Shown: positions 27,380 to 36,768 of the stretch, piece after piece | Layout of the letters: each line of letters opens with the position of its first letter | Position numbering within the stretch: position 1 is the stretch's first letter | Source: an uncultured Rhodospirillales bacterium | GTDB taxonomy: Bacteria; Pseudomonadota; Alphaproteobacteria; Rhodospirillales; UBA2165 | Direction of reading: 5' to 3' | DNA: 64,000 nt | Assembly (NCBI GenBank): GCA_913055735.1 | Contig: CAJXKD010000002.1 | Span: 472,150 to 536,149, forward strand | The notes under the pieces: generated by a model | Seen by the model: the letters and a program-made list of their open reading frames with translations, nothing else | What the model was told of the DNA's origin: nothing | Database searches by the model: none | Translations under genes and position numbers: made by a program

Positions 27380-28930
27380 ATGCCTAACAAAGTCTTTCGT
27401 TTCCCGGCGTCCAAATCCCTGAGGGCTCTGGCCGTGGTTGCCACCGTTGTCGGGGTCGGCGCCGCCGGTGTGGCCATGAAGCCGGTCCTCTTCTCCTCGA
27501 CGGCGCTGGCAACGCAGCCGGTTCAGGCAGTGCAAGCGGTTCCGGTGCCGGCGCTGCCCGTCAATATAGCGGACGTCGTGGAGAAAGTGACCCCGGCGGT
27601 CGTCACGATTAAGACCAGTTCTTCACAGCAAGGTCGGGGGCAAGGTCCGGCAGGTGCCCGGGAGGCCGTTCCGCCACAATTCAGAGAATTCTTCCAAAGA
27701 TTCTTCGGCCCCGACGCTCCCTGGCAGTTCGATGACCGTTCCGGCGGGCAACAGTCCGTTCCGGCACCTCATCCCCATGCCCGCGGACTGGGGTCGGGTT
27801 TCGTCATCGAAAAGGACGGTCTGATCGTGACCAATAACCATGTCATCGACGGTGCCGATACCATCACGGTCGAACTCAATGACGGCCGTGAAGTCGCCGC
27901 CAAGGTTATCGGTACGGATGACAAAACCGACTTGGCCCTTCTCAAAGTCGATGCCGGTAAGGATCTGCCGACGATCAAATTCGGGAATTCGGACCGGATG
28001 AGGGTCGGTGATTGGGTAATTGCCGTCGGCAATCCGTTCGGTGTGGGTAAAACGGCGACGGTCGGGATTATCTCTGCACGTCACCGTGATATCGGTGCCG
28101 GTCCGTTTGACGACTTCCTGCAGATCGATGCGCCCATCAATCAAGGGAATTCGGGAGGACCGGCCCTTAACCTCAACGGCGAGGTTGTCGGCATCAACGC
28201 CGCGATCTTTACGCCGTCCGGCGGCAACGTCGGCATCGGGTTTGCCATTCCTTCGACGATGGCGCAGGAGGTGATCGCGGACCTCAAAGACGACGGCGAG
28301 ATCGATCGCGGCTGGCTCGGGGTTCACATTCAGGGCCTTACCCCGGCAATCGCCGATAGTCTCAACCTCAAAAAGCCGGAAGGCGCCTTGGTTGCTAAAG
28401 TGAATGAGGACAGTCCGGCCGCCAAAGGCGGGCTACGCCAAGGTGACGTCATTCTGGCCGTTGACGGAAAGGACGTGACGCGGCTTCGCGATCTGCCCCG
28501 CTATATCGCCAGCCTGAATGCCGGCGACAAAGCCGAGATCGTTGTCTGGCGTGACGGCAAGAAACAGTCGCTCAAGGTGACCATCGGCGAAGCTCCCGCC
28601 AAACCGCAACTGCTCGCCTCTGCGGAACCGGACACCGTGAACGGGCTGGGGCTGGCATCCCTCGATCAAAGCAGCCGTCGGAACTTCGACATTGGCGCCG
28701 ATGTTTCGGGTGTGGTTATCACGGAGGTCGACCCACGGAGCCCCGCGGCTCAACAAGGTCTCCACCCAGGAGATGTGATCCTTGCCGTCGGCGGCAAGTC
28801 CGTCTCCACGCCGTCCGAGGTCAAGGGTGCTTTCCAACGGGCGCAAAGCCACAAAGCCCGAGCTGTACTGCTCTTGGTACAGCGGCAGTCCGTGGAACGG
28901 TTTGTCGCGCTCCCCCTTCGCGACGCCTAA
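27380..28930 (+). CDS. degP: Periplasmic serine endoprotease DegP/HtrA (Do) family with two PDZ domains
   Basis: Catalytic motifs TNNHV, D(K)TDLALLK and GNSGGPALN. ATG at 27380 preceded by ggaggga, then a signal peptide. Confidence 0.9.
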   Translation: MPNKVFRFPASKSLRALAVVATVVGVGAAGVAMKPVLFSSTALATQPVQAVQAVPVPALPVNIADVVEKVTPAVVTIKTSSSQQGRGQGPAGAREAVPPQFREFFQRFFGPDAPWQFDDRSGGQQSVPAPHPHARGLGSGFVIEKDGLIVTNNHVIDGADTITVELNDGREVAAKVIGTDDKTDLALLKVDAGKDLPTIKFGNSDRMRVGDWVIAVGNPFGVGKTATVGIISARHRDIGAGPFDDFLQIDAPINQGNSGGPALNLNGEVVGINAAIFTPSGGNVGIGFAIPSTMAQEVIADLKDDGEIDRGWLGVHIQGLTPAIADSLNLKKPEGALVAKVNEDSPAAKGGLRQGDVILAVDGKDVTRLRDLPRYIASLNAGDKAEIVVWRDGKKQSLKVTIGEAPAKPQLLASAEPDTVNGLGLASLDQSSRRNFDIGADVSGVVITEVDPRSPAAQQGLHPGDVILAVGGKSVSTPSEVKGAFQRAQSHKARAVLLLVQRQSVERFVALPLRDA

Positions 28931-28954
28931 ATCTCTGCCCGGGACGGCAGACCT

Positions 28955-28995
28955 GGCGCCCAGTGCCCGCAAACCGGGGCTGGGCGCCTTTTTTT
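28955..28995 (+). terminator. Rho-independent terminator
   Basis: 9-bp stem ggcgcccag/ctgggcgcc followed by a T7 run. Confidence 0.7.
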
Positions 28996-29031
28996 AGCCT
29001 AGGTGAAAATGCCGATGAAATGGGGTAACTA

Positions 29032-29715
29032 ATGAGCATGCGGGTGTTGGTTATCGAAGATGATCGGGAAGCGGCGGCCTATATGTGCCGTGGCCTTTCG
29101 GAAAGCGGTTACGTCGCCGATCAGGCATCCGACGGCGAAGAAGGTTATGCCATGGCGTCGAATGGCGGCTACGACGTTCTCGTCGTCGACCGGATGCTGC
29201 CGAAAATGGATGGCCTCAGCGTCGTTGAGCGTTTGCGTGGCGAAGGAGAGAAAACACCGATCCTGTTCCTCAGCGCCCTTGGCGATGTCGATGACCGGGT
29301 CAAGGGCCTCAAAGCCGGCGGCGACGACTATCTTGTCAAACCTTATGCCTTTGCCGAATTGCTCGCCCGCCTCGAGGCGCTGGTCCGCCGCCAAGCGCCC
29401 GATCAGGTCGAGGTTAATCTAAAGGTGGGCGACCTCGAAATGGATGTGCTGGCGCGCAGGGTGACCCGAGCCGGGAACGACATCCTCCTCCAACCGCGCG
29501 AGTTCCGCCTTCTCGAATATCTCATGCGTCATGCCGGGCAGACAGTGACACGCACGATGCTGCTGGAAAACGTGTGGGACTATCATTTCGATCCGCAGAC
29601 CAACGTGATCGACGTGCACATCAGCCGCTTGCGCGCCAAAATCGACAAAGGGTTCGAGCCGCCGCTTCTCCATACGGTGCGCGGTGCCGGATATTGTCTC
29701 CGTGCAGCTCCCTAG
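29032..29715 (+). CDS. OmpR-family response regulator
   Basis: REC (VLVIEDD...VVDRMLPKMDG...KPY) plus a winged-helix trans_reg_C domain (REFRLLEYLMRH...VRGAGY). Confidence 0.9.
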   Translation: MSMRVLVIEDDREAAAYMCRGLSESGYVADQASDGEEGYAMASNGGYDVLVVDRMLPKMDGLSVVERLRGEGEKTPILFLSALGDVDDRVKGLKAGGDDYLVKPYAFAELLARLEALVRRQAPDQVEVNLKVGDLEMDVLARRVTRAGNDILLQPREFRLLEYLMRHAGQTVTRTMLLENVWDYHFDPQTNVIDVHISRLRAKIDKGFEPPLLHTVRGAGYCLRAAP

Positions 29716-31075
29716 GCTCGTCCGCACCTCGACCTTTCGGCTGTCGCTGATCTACCTGTCGGTATTCGGCGTCTCTGTTCTGCTTCTGCTCGGCTTCATC
29801 TATTGGTCGACGACCCAATTGGCGATATTGCAGACCGAGGAAACCATCGAAGCGGAAATCACCGGGCTGGAAGAACAGTTCCGGCGCCGCGGGATGCTGG
29901 GGTTGACCGAGGTGGTGCGCGAGCGCAGCGCAAACCAGCGCCAAAGCCTCTATCTGTTGACCAATTCCGAACGTTTCGTCATTGCCGGCAATCTCAATGC
30001 CTGGCCTGAGGTGGAAACGGAAGTAGGCGGCTGGTTTGATTTTCCTTATCAGCGGCCGATCGGGGGCGAGGTCGAAACCCACGTCGCGCATGCACGTCAT
30101 ATCGTGGTGCCGGGCCAGTTTCAGCTTCTCGTTGGCCGTGACGTGCATGAACAGCGCGAGGTGACGAAATTCATCAAGACGTCGCTGCTGTGGGCCTTGG
30201 CGCTGACCTTGGCGCTCGGCTTGGCCGGCGGCGTGGTGATGAGCCGCAACCTGTTGCGCCGGGTGGAGAGCGTCAATCGGATCAGCCGGGCGGTGATGGA
30301 GGGTAATCTCGACCGCAGGGTGCCCATGACGGGCTCCAACGACGAGATGGACCGGCTGGCGCAAAACCTCAACGCCATGCTCGATCAGATCCAGCGGCTG
30401 ATCACCAGCATGCGCGAAGTGACCGACAACGTCGCCCACGATCTGCGCAGCCCGCTGAACAGGTTGCGCAGCCGTCTTGAGGTCACCTTAATGGGGCGTC
30501 CGACGGATGCGGAATTGCGGGAAGCGATCGAGCAAACCATTGGCGAAGCGGACGAACTGCTCGCCACCTTCAACGCGCTTCTCAATATCGCCAAGGCGGA
30601 GGCCGGAACGTTGGAGGTTGCCAGCGCGCCGATCGATGTCGCGCATATGGTGGCCGACATCGCGGAACTTTACGAACCGGCGGCGTCCGAGAAATCCATC
30701 ATGCTCGAGGTCGCCGTAAGTGATGGCTTGAATGTCGATGGCGACCGTCAGCTATTGTCCCAGGCGCTGGCCAATCTCGTCGATAACGCCATAAAATATG
30801 CGCCATCCAATGGCGTGGTAATGCTCCGCGGTGCGCGTGATGACGGTCAGGTGGAACTGTCGGTTACCGATTCAGGGCCGGGTATTCCGGAAATGGACCG
30901 CAAGCGAGTGGTCGAACGTTTCGTGCGTCTGGAAGCAAGCCGCAACAGCCCGGGCAGCGGTCTGGGGCTCAGCCTTGTCAGCGCGGTCGCGCACCTTCAT
31001 AAGGGTGAGTTGAGGCTGGAGGATGCGCGCCCCGGATTGCGGGCAGTGCTGCGGCTTCCCGTTGCGGCTGATTAG
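29684..31075 (+). CDS. Sensor histidine kinase (two TM, HAMP, HisKA, HATPase_c)
   Basis: H-box VAHDLRSPL, N-box LVDNAIKY, G-boxes DSGPGI and GSGLGL. Start position uncertain because it overlaps the RR gene. Confidence 0.9.
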   Translation: MPDIVSVQLPRLVRTSTFRLSLIYLSVFGVSVLLLLGFIYWSTTQLAILQTEETIEAEITGLEEQFRRRGMLGLTEVVRERSANQRQSLYLLTNSERFVIAGNLNAWPEVETEVGGWFDFPYQRPIGGEVETHVAHARHIVVPGQFQLLVGRDVHEQREVTKFIKTSLLWALALTLALGLAGGVVMSRNLLRRVESVNRISRAVMEGNLDRRVPMTGSNDEMDRLAQNLNAMLDQIQRLITSMREVTDNVAHDLRSPLNRLRSRLEVTLMGRPTDAELREAIEQTIGEADELLATFNALLNIAKAEAGTLEVASAPIDVAHMVADIAELYEPAASEKSIMLEVAVSDGLNVDGDRQLLSQALANLVDNAIKYAPSNGVVMLRGARDDGQVELSVTDSGPGIPEMDRKRVVERFVRLEASRNSPGSGLGLSLVSAVAHLHKGELRLEDARPGLRAVLRLPVAAD

Positions 31076-31087
31076 GATTTTATTTTC

Positions 31088-32005
31088 GTGGCAACCGTTG
31101 TTCCGCTGATCAAGGACTTCTCCTGCGAGTACGGGGTGATCGAAACCGTGTCGCCATTGATCCGGCGCATCGTGGCGCGCAATCCCGGGCCGTTCACCTT
31201 CAAGGGCACGGGAACCTACGTGATCGGCACGGGCCGTGTCGCGGTGATCGATCCCGGGCCCGATCTGGAGGAGCATGTCGAGGCCCTGCTTGGTGCGCTG
31301 AACGCCGAGGAGATCACCCATATTCCGGTAACCCACACCCATATCGATCATTCCCCGGCGAGCGGCCCGGTACGCGCGGCGAGCGGTGCGAAGACTTTTG
31401 CTTTTGGCCCGCATGGATCGGGCAAGGCGAGTGACGGCATCACCGTGGAGGAAGGCGGGGATCACGAATTCGTGCCTGACGTGGAGCTTCGCCACGGCGA
31501 TGTCATCGAGGGCGATGGCTGGACACTCGAATGCGTCTATACGCCGGGCCATACGTCCAACCACCTTTGCTACCGGCTAGCGGAGGAAAACGCCTTGTTT
31601 TCCGGCGATCACGTCATGGGATGGTCGACGACGGTGGTCTCGCCGCCCGATGGCGACATGGGTGAATATATGGCGAGCCTTCGCATGCTGCTTGATCGGG
31701 ACGAAGGGATTTATTGGCCGACCCACGGCGCACCGATCCGCGATCCCAAACCATTCCTGGCGGCGTTGATTGCGCACCGAGAGGAACGCGAGGAGCAGAT
31801 CGCCGATTGCATGGCGCGAGGCATCGTGCAAATTCCGGATATGGTCGCGGAGATGTACAAACCGCTCGATCCGCGACTTGTCCCTGCGGCCCGTCGCTCG
31901 GTTTTCGCACATATGATACATATGGTGGAAACCGACCGTGCGGCGTGTGATGGCACCCCCGCCGAAGACAGTCGGTACCGGCCGGCGAAACGATCTGGCA
32001 AGTAG
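31088..32005 (+). CDS. MBL-fold metallo-hydrolase
   Basis: THTHIDHSPA metal-binding motif and a later TPGHTSNH. Confidence 0.85.
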   Translation: MATVVPLIKDFSCEYGVIETVSPLIRRIVARNPGPFTFKGTGTYVIGTGRVAVIDPGPDLEEHVEALLGALNAEEITHIPVTHTHIDHSPASGPVRAASGAKTFAFGPHGSGKASDGITVEEGGDHEFVPDVELRHGDVIEGDGWTLECVYTPGHTSNHLCYRLAEENALFSGDHVMGWSTTVVSPPDGDMGEYMASLRMLLDRDEGIYWPTHGAPIRDPKPFLAALIAHREEREEQIADCMARGIVQIPDMVAEMYKPLDPRLVPAARRSVFAHMIHMVETDRAACDGTPAEDSRYRPAKRSGK

Positions 32006-32018
32006 GAAGGCGCACTTC

Positions 32019-32510
32019 ATGAAGAAAGTCATCATCGCGTTTCTGATCGGCGGCATCCTCGGGGGCGGCGCGGGGTTCGGTGCCGGTATCTTTCTGTTTC
32101 CCTTCCTGTTCCAATCCGACATCGTCGCCATCGAAGCGCCGCCGGAAGGCGGCACGATGGAGGTCGTGGCGACGGGCCGCTTCATCCATGCCGATCCGTC
32201 GGATTCGCTTCATTACGGCAAGGGTAAGCTGACGGTCTATGGCGATACCATCCATCTCGGTGCCGATTTCGAAGTGGGGCCGGGGCCCAAATACCGCGTG
32301 TATCTGGTCGACATCGCCGACATCAAAGAGTCCGACGATGTGAAGAATGCGAATTTCGTCGATATCGGTCCGTTGCGCGCTTTCAAGGGAAGTCAGAACT
32401 ATAAGATACCGGCCAATGTATCGCTCGGTGATTACAAGAGCGTGGTAATTTGGTGCGAGGCGTTCGGCGTACTGGTGTCGCCGGCCAATCTGGAATTCAC
32501 CGGTTCGTAA
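32019..32510 (+). CDS. DM13 domain-containing protein with N-terminal membrane anchor
   Basis: ATG at 32019 (MKKVIIAFLIGG...). GKGKLTVYGD...GPGPKYRVYL...VVIWCEAFGV resembles the DM13 pattern. Confidence 0.65.
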   Translation: MKKVIIAFLIGGILGGGAGFGAGIFLFPFLFQSDIVAIEAPPEGGTMEVVATGRFIHADPSDSLHYGKGKLTVYGDTIHLGADFEVGPGPKYRVYLVDIADIKESDDVKNANFVDIGPLRAFKGSQNYKIPANVSLGDYKSVVIWCEAFGVLVSPANLEFTGS

Positions 32511-32518
32511 CGTTTCGC

Positions 32519-33406
32519 ATGAAGTTCAACATCCTGCTTGCCAACCTGAAGCCGCATCTCTGGGAGATGGTCTCAGATACGGTGCACTTCGTACGCGGCG
32601 CGCTGGAGGCGTGCGGTGAAACGGTCACGGTTTCGACCAACCAGCTCGACCCCGACGCGATCAACCTGTTTATCGACCGTTTCTATGAGGAACCGGAGTT
32701 TCCGCTCAAACTGAAAGCGGGCGGGTATCGGTTCGGCCTCGTGTGCACGGAAGTAATCGGTGAGGACGGCAGTTGGAACTACGGCGCGGAGCAGGACGAT
32801 CCGAACGTATATGCGCTCTATCGCCTTGCTGCCGAGGCCGCGGAGTTCGTTTGGGTCCTGTTGGAAGAATCGCTTGCCGCGTGCCGCGCGATGAATCCCA
32901 ACAGCGCCGTTCTGCCCCTCGGATATCTGGACAGCATCGAAACGCTGCCGAAGACGCCGTGGGAAAGCCGGGATATCGATTTTCTCTTGTGCGGCTTTGG
33001 CTCGCCGCGCCGGGGCAAGGTGGTCCAGGCATTGGCGGAGGCCGGACACACGGTGGTTTATCCCGCGATCCCCGTGCCCGCCTACGTTCGCGATTCCCTG
33101 ATGGAGCGGACCAAGATCAATATGTCGGTTCAGAAGACGGACCGTCACGGGATCGTTTCGGCGACCCGGCTTTGCCATTCGATTATCAACCGGGTACCGG
33201 TATTGCTCGAATATAGCGGTGGGGCGACGCCCTATGACACCTATTGCCTGCGGGCGGAGCCCAAGACGTTGGTCGATGATTGTTTGGCCGCATTGGCGCG
33301 CGATGATCTCGAGGCCCATGCCGAGACCGCGTACCGCCGGTTCAAGGAAGACCGGCCGATGATGTCGATGATGCAACGCGTACTGACGGAAACCCTGAGG
33401 CAATGA
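32519..33406 (+). CDS. Hypothetical protein (possibly a GT-B/CgeB-like C-terminal half); function unknown
   Basis: 295-aa ORF from the ATG at 32519. Coding-like composition, and its 3' end overlaps the next gene start. No confident family assignment. Confidence 0.55.
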   Translation: MKFNILLANLKPHLWEMVSDTVHFVRGALEACGETVTVSTNQLDPDAINLFIDRFYEEPEFPLKLKAGGYRFGLVCTEVIGEDGSWNYGAEQDDPNVYALYRLAAEAAEFVWVLLEESLAACRAMNPNSAVLPLGYLDSIETLPKTPWESRDIDFLLCGFGSPRRGKVVQALAEAGHTVVYPAIPVPAYVRDSLMERTKINMSVQKTDRHGIVSATRLCHSIINRVPVLLEYSGGATPYDTYCLRAEPKTLVDDCLAALARDDLEAHAETAYRRFKEDRPMMSMMQRVLTETLRQ

Positions 33407-33852
33407 CCGAAAAAGACACGATGACGCAATTGACCGATCGCGCGGTCTATGTGACTTGGACGAAAGACCGGGTACGCTATAGCGATCTCGATCCCAACGG
33501 TCACGTGAACAACGGCGCCATCAATCAGTTCTTCGAAGACGGACGGGTGCATTTCCGCGAGGCCCGCATGAGCACCGGTGGGGCCGGCGTCATCTTGGCC
33601 GGCTTTGTCGTCGTCCGCTTTGCCTGCGTATACCACGCCGAGCTTGGGTATCCCGGTGAGGTCGAGATCGGTACCGTCATCCTCAGGGTCGGCAACAGTT
33701 CCTATACGCTGGGGCAGGGCGTTTTCGCCGGCGATACCTGCATTGCCACAGCGGAAGTGGTCACCGTTTGCGTCGATCCGGCGACGAAGAAAACCAAGCC
33801 GATCGAGGGGAAATTGCGCGACGCTCTGGAAAGCAGTCTGCTTAAGGCGTAG
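33403..33852 (+). CDS. Acyl-CoA thioesterase, hotdog fold (YbgC/4HBT-like)
   Basis: VRYSDLDPNGHVNNGAINQFFE is the typical catalytic Asp region. Confidence 0.8.
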   Translation: MTEKDTMTQLTDRAVYVTWTKDRVRYSDLDPNGHVNNGAINQFFEDGRVHFREARMSTGGAGVILAGFVVVRFACVYHAELGYPGEVEIGTVILRVGNSSYTLGQGVFAGDTCIATAEVVTVCVDPATKKTKPIEGKLRDALESSLLKA

Positions 33853-33858
33853 TGGTGG

Positions 33859-34641
33859 TTACCGGGTGCCGTTGCGGCGCCTAGCCCGTTCGCGAGCGGC
33901 CTCGCCGAATTTCTTATAGAGTATGCGCGACAGATCGTGGTTCTCGGGGTACCACTCGCAATGCCATTGGACGCCCACGGCGAAACTTTTGGCGCCGTTC
34001 ACGGTGATCGCTTCAATCACGCCGTCGGGCGAAACGGCTTCGACGTCGAGGCCGTCGGCAAGGCGGTCGATGCCCTGTCCGTGCAATGAATTCACCATTA
34101 ACTCGTCAACCCCCATCATTTCCTCGAATTGGCCGCCGGGGGACAGCTTGATCGGATGGCGGAGCGCGAATATCTCTTCGGCCGTCGCCTCGGGATCGCG
34201 CGGCATACGGTGGTCCATTTTTCCCGGCAAGAGATGGATGCGGTAGTGCAACGAGCCGCCCAGGGCGACGTTGATTTCCTGAATGCCGCGGCAGCTGCCG
34301 AGAATGGGCACGCCTTCGTCGAGACAGGCGCGGACGAGCGGTAGCACGCAGGCGTCGCGGTCGGGATCGATGGGTTCGTCGTCGGGGAAGGGTGGTCCGC
34401 CGTAATGGTGGGGCTCGACATTCGCGCGTCCGCCGGTGAGCAGAAGCCCGTCGATGCGGCGCACCGTGTCCTTCACATCCGCCGCGCCTGGGAAGGAGGG
34501 CAGCAAGACGGGGGTGACCTCGGAAAACTCCACCAGCGTTTCCACGTACCGGGTTCCGGACGTGTGGCTCATATGGCGGCGTTCGGTAATTTGCATGACG
34601 CTGGTCGGAATGCCGACCACCGGCCTGGACTTTTCAGACAT
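33859..34641 (-). CDS. Gamma-glutamyl-GABA hydrolase-like class I glutamine amidotransferase (peptidase C26, PuuD-like)
   Basis: Nucleophile elbow GSCRGIQ and a later QWHCEW (His of the triad). Confidence 0.85.
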   Translation of the reverse strand: MSEKSRPVVGIPTSVMQITERRHMSHTSGTRYVETLVEFSEVTPVLLPSFPGAADVKDTVRRIDGLLLTGGRANVEPHHYGGPPFPDDEPIDPDRDACVLPLVRACLDEGVPILGSCRGIQEINVALGGSLHYRIHLLPGKMDHRMPRDPEATAEEIFALRHPIKLSPGGQFEEMMGVDELMVNSLHGQGIDRLADGLDVEAVSPDGVIEAITVNGAKSFAVGVQWHCEWYPENHDLSRILYKKFGEAARERARRRNGTR

Positions 34642-34696
34642 GTTTCTTGGCTATCACGTTCGCCGGGGTGCGGCAAGCAACCTCGGGACTCGCTAT

Positions 34697-35485
34697 TTAG
34701 GCTGGTGTCATAATGGTTTCAATGGGGCCTTCGGCGCGGCTGTGGATGAACTGATCGACGTAGGGATTGCCGGTTTCCTCCACCTCGTCGGCGGGTCCGG
34801 TCCAGATGATCTTACCGCCATGGAGCATGGCGATCCGGTCGGCGATCTTGCGCGCGCCGTCCATGTTGCTGGTGATGGACAGCACTGTGGCGCCCAGCCG
34901 ATGGACACCGTCGAGGATCAGTTCATTGATGATGTTGGTCATGATGGGGTCGAGCCCCGCCGTCGGTTCATCGAGGAAGATGATCTCCGGATCCCCGGCG
35001 ATGGCACGCGCGAATCCGACCCGTTTCTGCATGCCGCCGGAGAGATCGGCGGGCAGAAGATTCGCCACCTCCGCATCCATACCGACATCGGCCAACTTCT
35101 GAATGGCGACCTGTTTTGCGTCGCGGCGGGACATTGCCCCGTTCCGGCCCCGGTTCTGCATCAGCCGGAAGGCGACGTTTTCCCAAACCGTGAGGCTGTC
35201 AAACAACGCGGACTGCTGAAAAAGCATACCGGTACGGCGCAGGAGTTCTTCGCGGTCCGCCGGGGGAAGCCCCACTGTCTCCTGACCGTCGATCTTGATG
35301 CTGCCGGAATCCGGTGGGATGAGGCCGAGGATGCATTTGAACAAAAGCGTCTTGCCGCAGGCGGACGGGCCCACCAGCACGACCGATTCCCCGTTGGCAA
35401 CGTCGAGATCGACCCCGGTGAGCACATGCTCGTTCCCGAAGCTTTTGGTGACGCCCCTTAGACTGATCTTCGGTGTGCCGGTCAC
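34697..35485 (-). CDS. Orphan ABC ATP-binding protein (MlaF-like)
   Basis: GTG start. Walker A GPSACGKT, signature LSGGMQKR, Walker B IIFLDEPTAGLD. No cognate permease gene is adjacent. Confidence 0.85.
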   Translation of the reverse strand: MTGTPKISLRGVTKSFGNEHVLTGVDLDVANGESVVLVGPSACGKTLLFKCILGLIPPDSGSIKIDGQETVGLPPADREELLRRTGMLFQQSALFDSLTVWENVAFRLMQNRGRNGAMSRRDAKQVAIQKLADVGMDAEVANLLPADLSGGMQKRVGFARAIAGDPEIIFLDEPTAGLDPIMTNIINELILDGVHRLGATVLSITSNMDGARKIADRIAMLHGGKIIWTGPADEVEETGNPYVDQFIHSRAEGPIETIMTPA

Positions 35486-35814
35486 TGGCTATTTTCCAAC
35501 AAATAATCGACCGCGTGCTTGAAATCTTCGTCGGTATAGCCGCGCCGCCCGCGCCGCGCTGTCATGTGCTGCAGGCCGTTGAGAACCGAATCGTACAATG
35601 CCTCGCGACCCTTGGCGATACGCGGCGCCCAAGCCGTCTTGTCGCCGAATTTTGGCGCGCCGACGGTGCCTTCATCGTGGCAAAAAGAACAGGTTTTCTT
35701 ATAAACCGTACCACCGTTCCCGGGCAGGTCCTTGTCGAACGGCGTCTGGGCGTAAGCGGGGAAGGCCAGCAGCGACGCGCAAAAAAGACCGGCAACGAAC
35801 TTCGGTTTGATCAT
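35482..35814 (-). CDS. Class I c-type cytochrome (cytochrome c5-like), periplasmic
   Basis: Signal peptide and haem motif CSFCH. The stop overlaps the GTG of the ABC ATPase (GTGA). Confidence 0.85.
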   Translation of the reverse strand: MIKPKFVAGLFCASLLAFPAYAQTPFDKDLPGNGGTVYKKTCSFCHDEGTVGAPKFGDKTAWAPRIAKGREALYDSVLNGLQHMTARRGRRGYTDEDFKHAVDYLLENSQ

Positions 35815-35956
35815 GAAATGAGCCTAGCGGGCTTTTGCCTTTTCGTACAGAGGCCCGCCATAGGTACAAACCCGATAGTATGTTGGAATTCAATGGAAAC
35901 ATCGGTGCGGGCCGATATGATGGCGTCAACACGACGAAACCAATAAGGAGGAAGAT

Positions 35957-36604
35957 GTGAGCCTCGCAGAAAAACTTGCCGAAATCGCCGAAGCCGGCAA
36001 GCAGCGCATGCCCGAACAGGTACGCAATACGCTCGGCCAATTCGTACAGTCGCTACGTGATTCCGGCATCATGGAACGCGCCATCAAGGTGGGCGATCCA
36101 TTGCCGGCTTTTTCGTTGCCCAACGCCAACGGCGAGATGGTCAATTCCGCCGACCTTTTGGCCAAGGGACCGCTTGTTGTTACCGTCTTCCGCGGCCATT
36201 GGTGACCCTACTGTAATGCAGAGCTGTATGCTTTGCAGGACGCTGTCGGAGACCTGAACGACTTAGGGGCGACCCTGGTGGCGATCACGCCGCAACTTCC
36301 CGAAAAAAGCCGGGAACTGATCGAAAAGCACAATATTTCGTTCGAGATGCTGAGCGATAAGGGCAATGCCTATATCGAAGAGCTCGGGATCAAGTTCGAG
36401 TTGTCGCCCGAGGTCAAAAAAATCTATGCCGGTGGCGGTATCGATCTGCTGGCGACCAATGGTGACGACAGCTGGACCCTGCCAATGCCCGCGCGATTGG
36501 TGGTGGATACCAGCGGCATCGTCCGTGCCGCCGACATCGATCCCAACTACGGCCAACGGCCGGAACCGGAAAAGACCATCGCCGACGTCAAAGCTCTCGG
36601 CTGA
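35957..36604 (+). CDS. Peroxiredoxin-like (AhpC/TSA, thioredoxin-fold) protein with in-frame UGA at 36203-36205, predicted selenocysteine (W-U-P-Y-C)
   Basis: The ORFs 35957-36205 and 36233-36604 share one frame, and the 27 nt between them are open. The UGA sits where family members have the first Cys of WCPYC. RBS aaggagg precedes the GTG at 35957. Confidence 0.7.
36217..36237 (+). promoter_or_regulatory. Candidate bacterial SECIS hairpin
   Basis: 8-bp stem tgcagagc/gctttgca (one G-U), 5-nt loop ugUau containing GU. Starts 11 nt after the UGA codon. Confidence 0.5.
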
Positions 36605-36639
36605 CGTTTCGAGCGATATCCTGAAATTGGCGGTTCACC

Positions 36640-36659
36640 GGCGGGTGGGCCGCCTTTTT
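36640..36659 (+). terminator. Possible weak intrinsic terminator
   Basis: GC-only 5-bp stem ggcgg/ccgcc with a 5-nt loop, followed by T5, 36 nt after the stop. Confidence 0.4.
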
Positions 36660-36768
36660 CATGTTCGGGTCCCATCAAGCTGTCTACAATGGTCTCGTTT
36701 GGGGCCTTGTTTGGCCCACCCGATCGGCTATCTAGAAGGCCGAACAAGAACCACAGGAGAAGGATCCC

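Noticed and set aside
33859-34641. Possible second copy of the Cj1417-like hydrolase
   Set aside because: It is also a C26 class I amidotransferase. However, it is GC-normal, sits in an unrelated operon context and looks like an ordinary PuuD-type enzyme, so it is not linked to the island.
36203-36205. Reading the in-frame TGA as a pseudogene lesion or as two separate small genes
   Set aside because: The stop falls precisely on the redox Cys codon of a conserved WCPYC motif. No other lesion exists, the downstream frame is intact, and a SECIS-like hairpin follows at the expected spacing. The pseudogene option remains open if the genome lacks sel genes.
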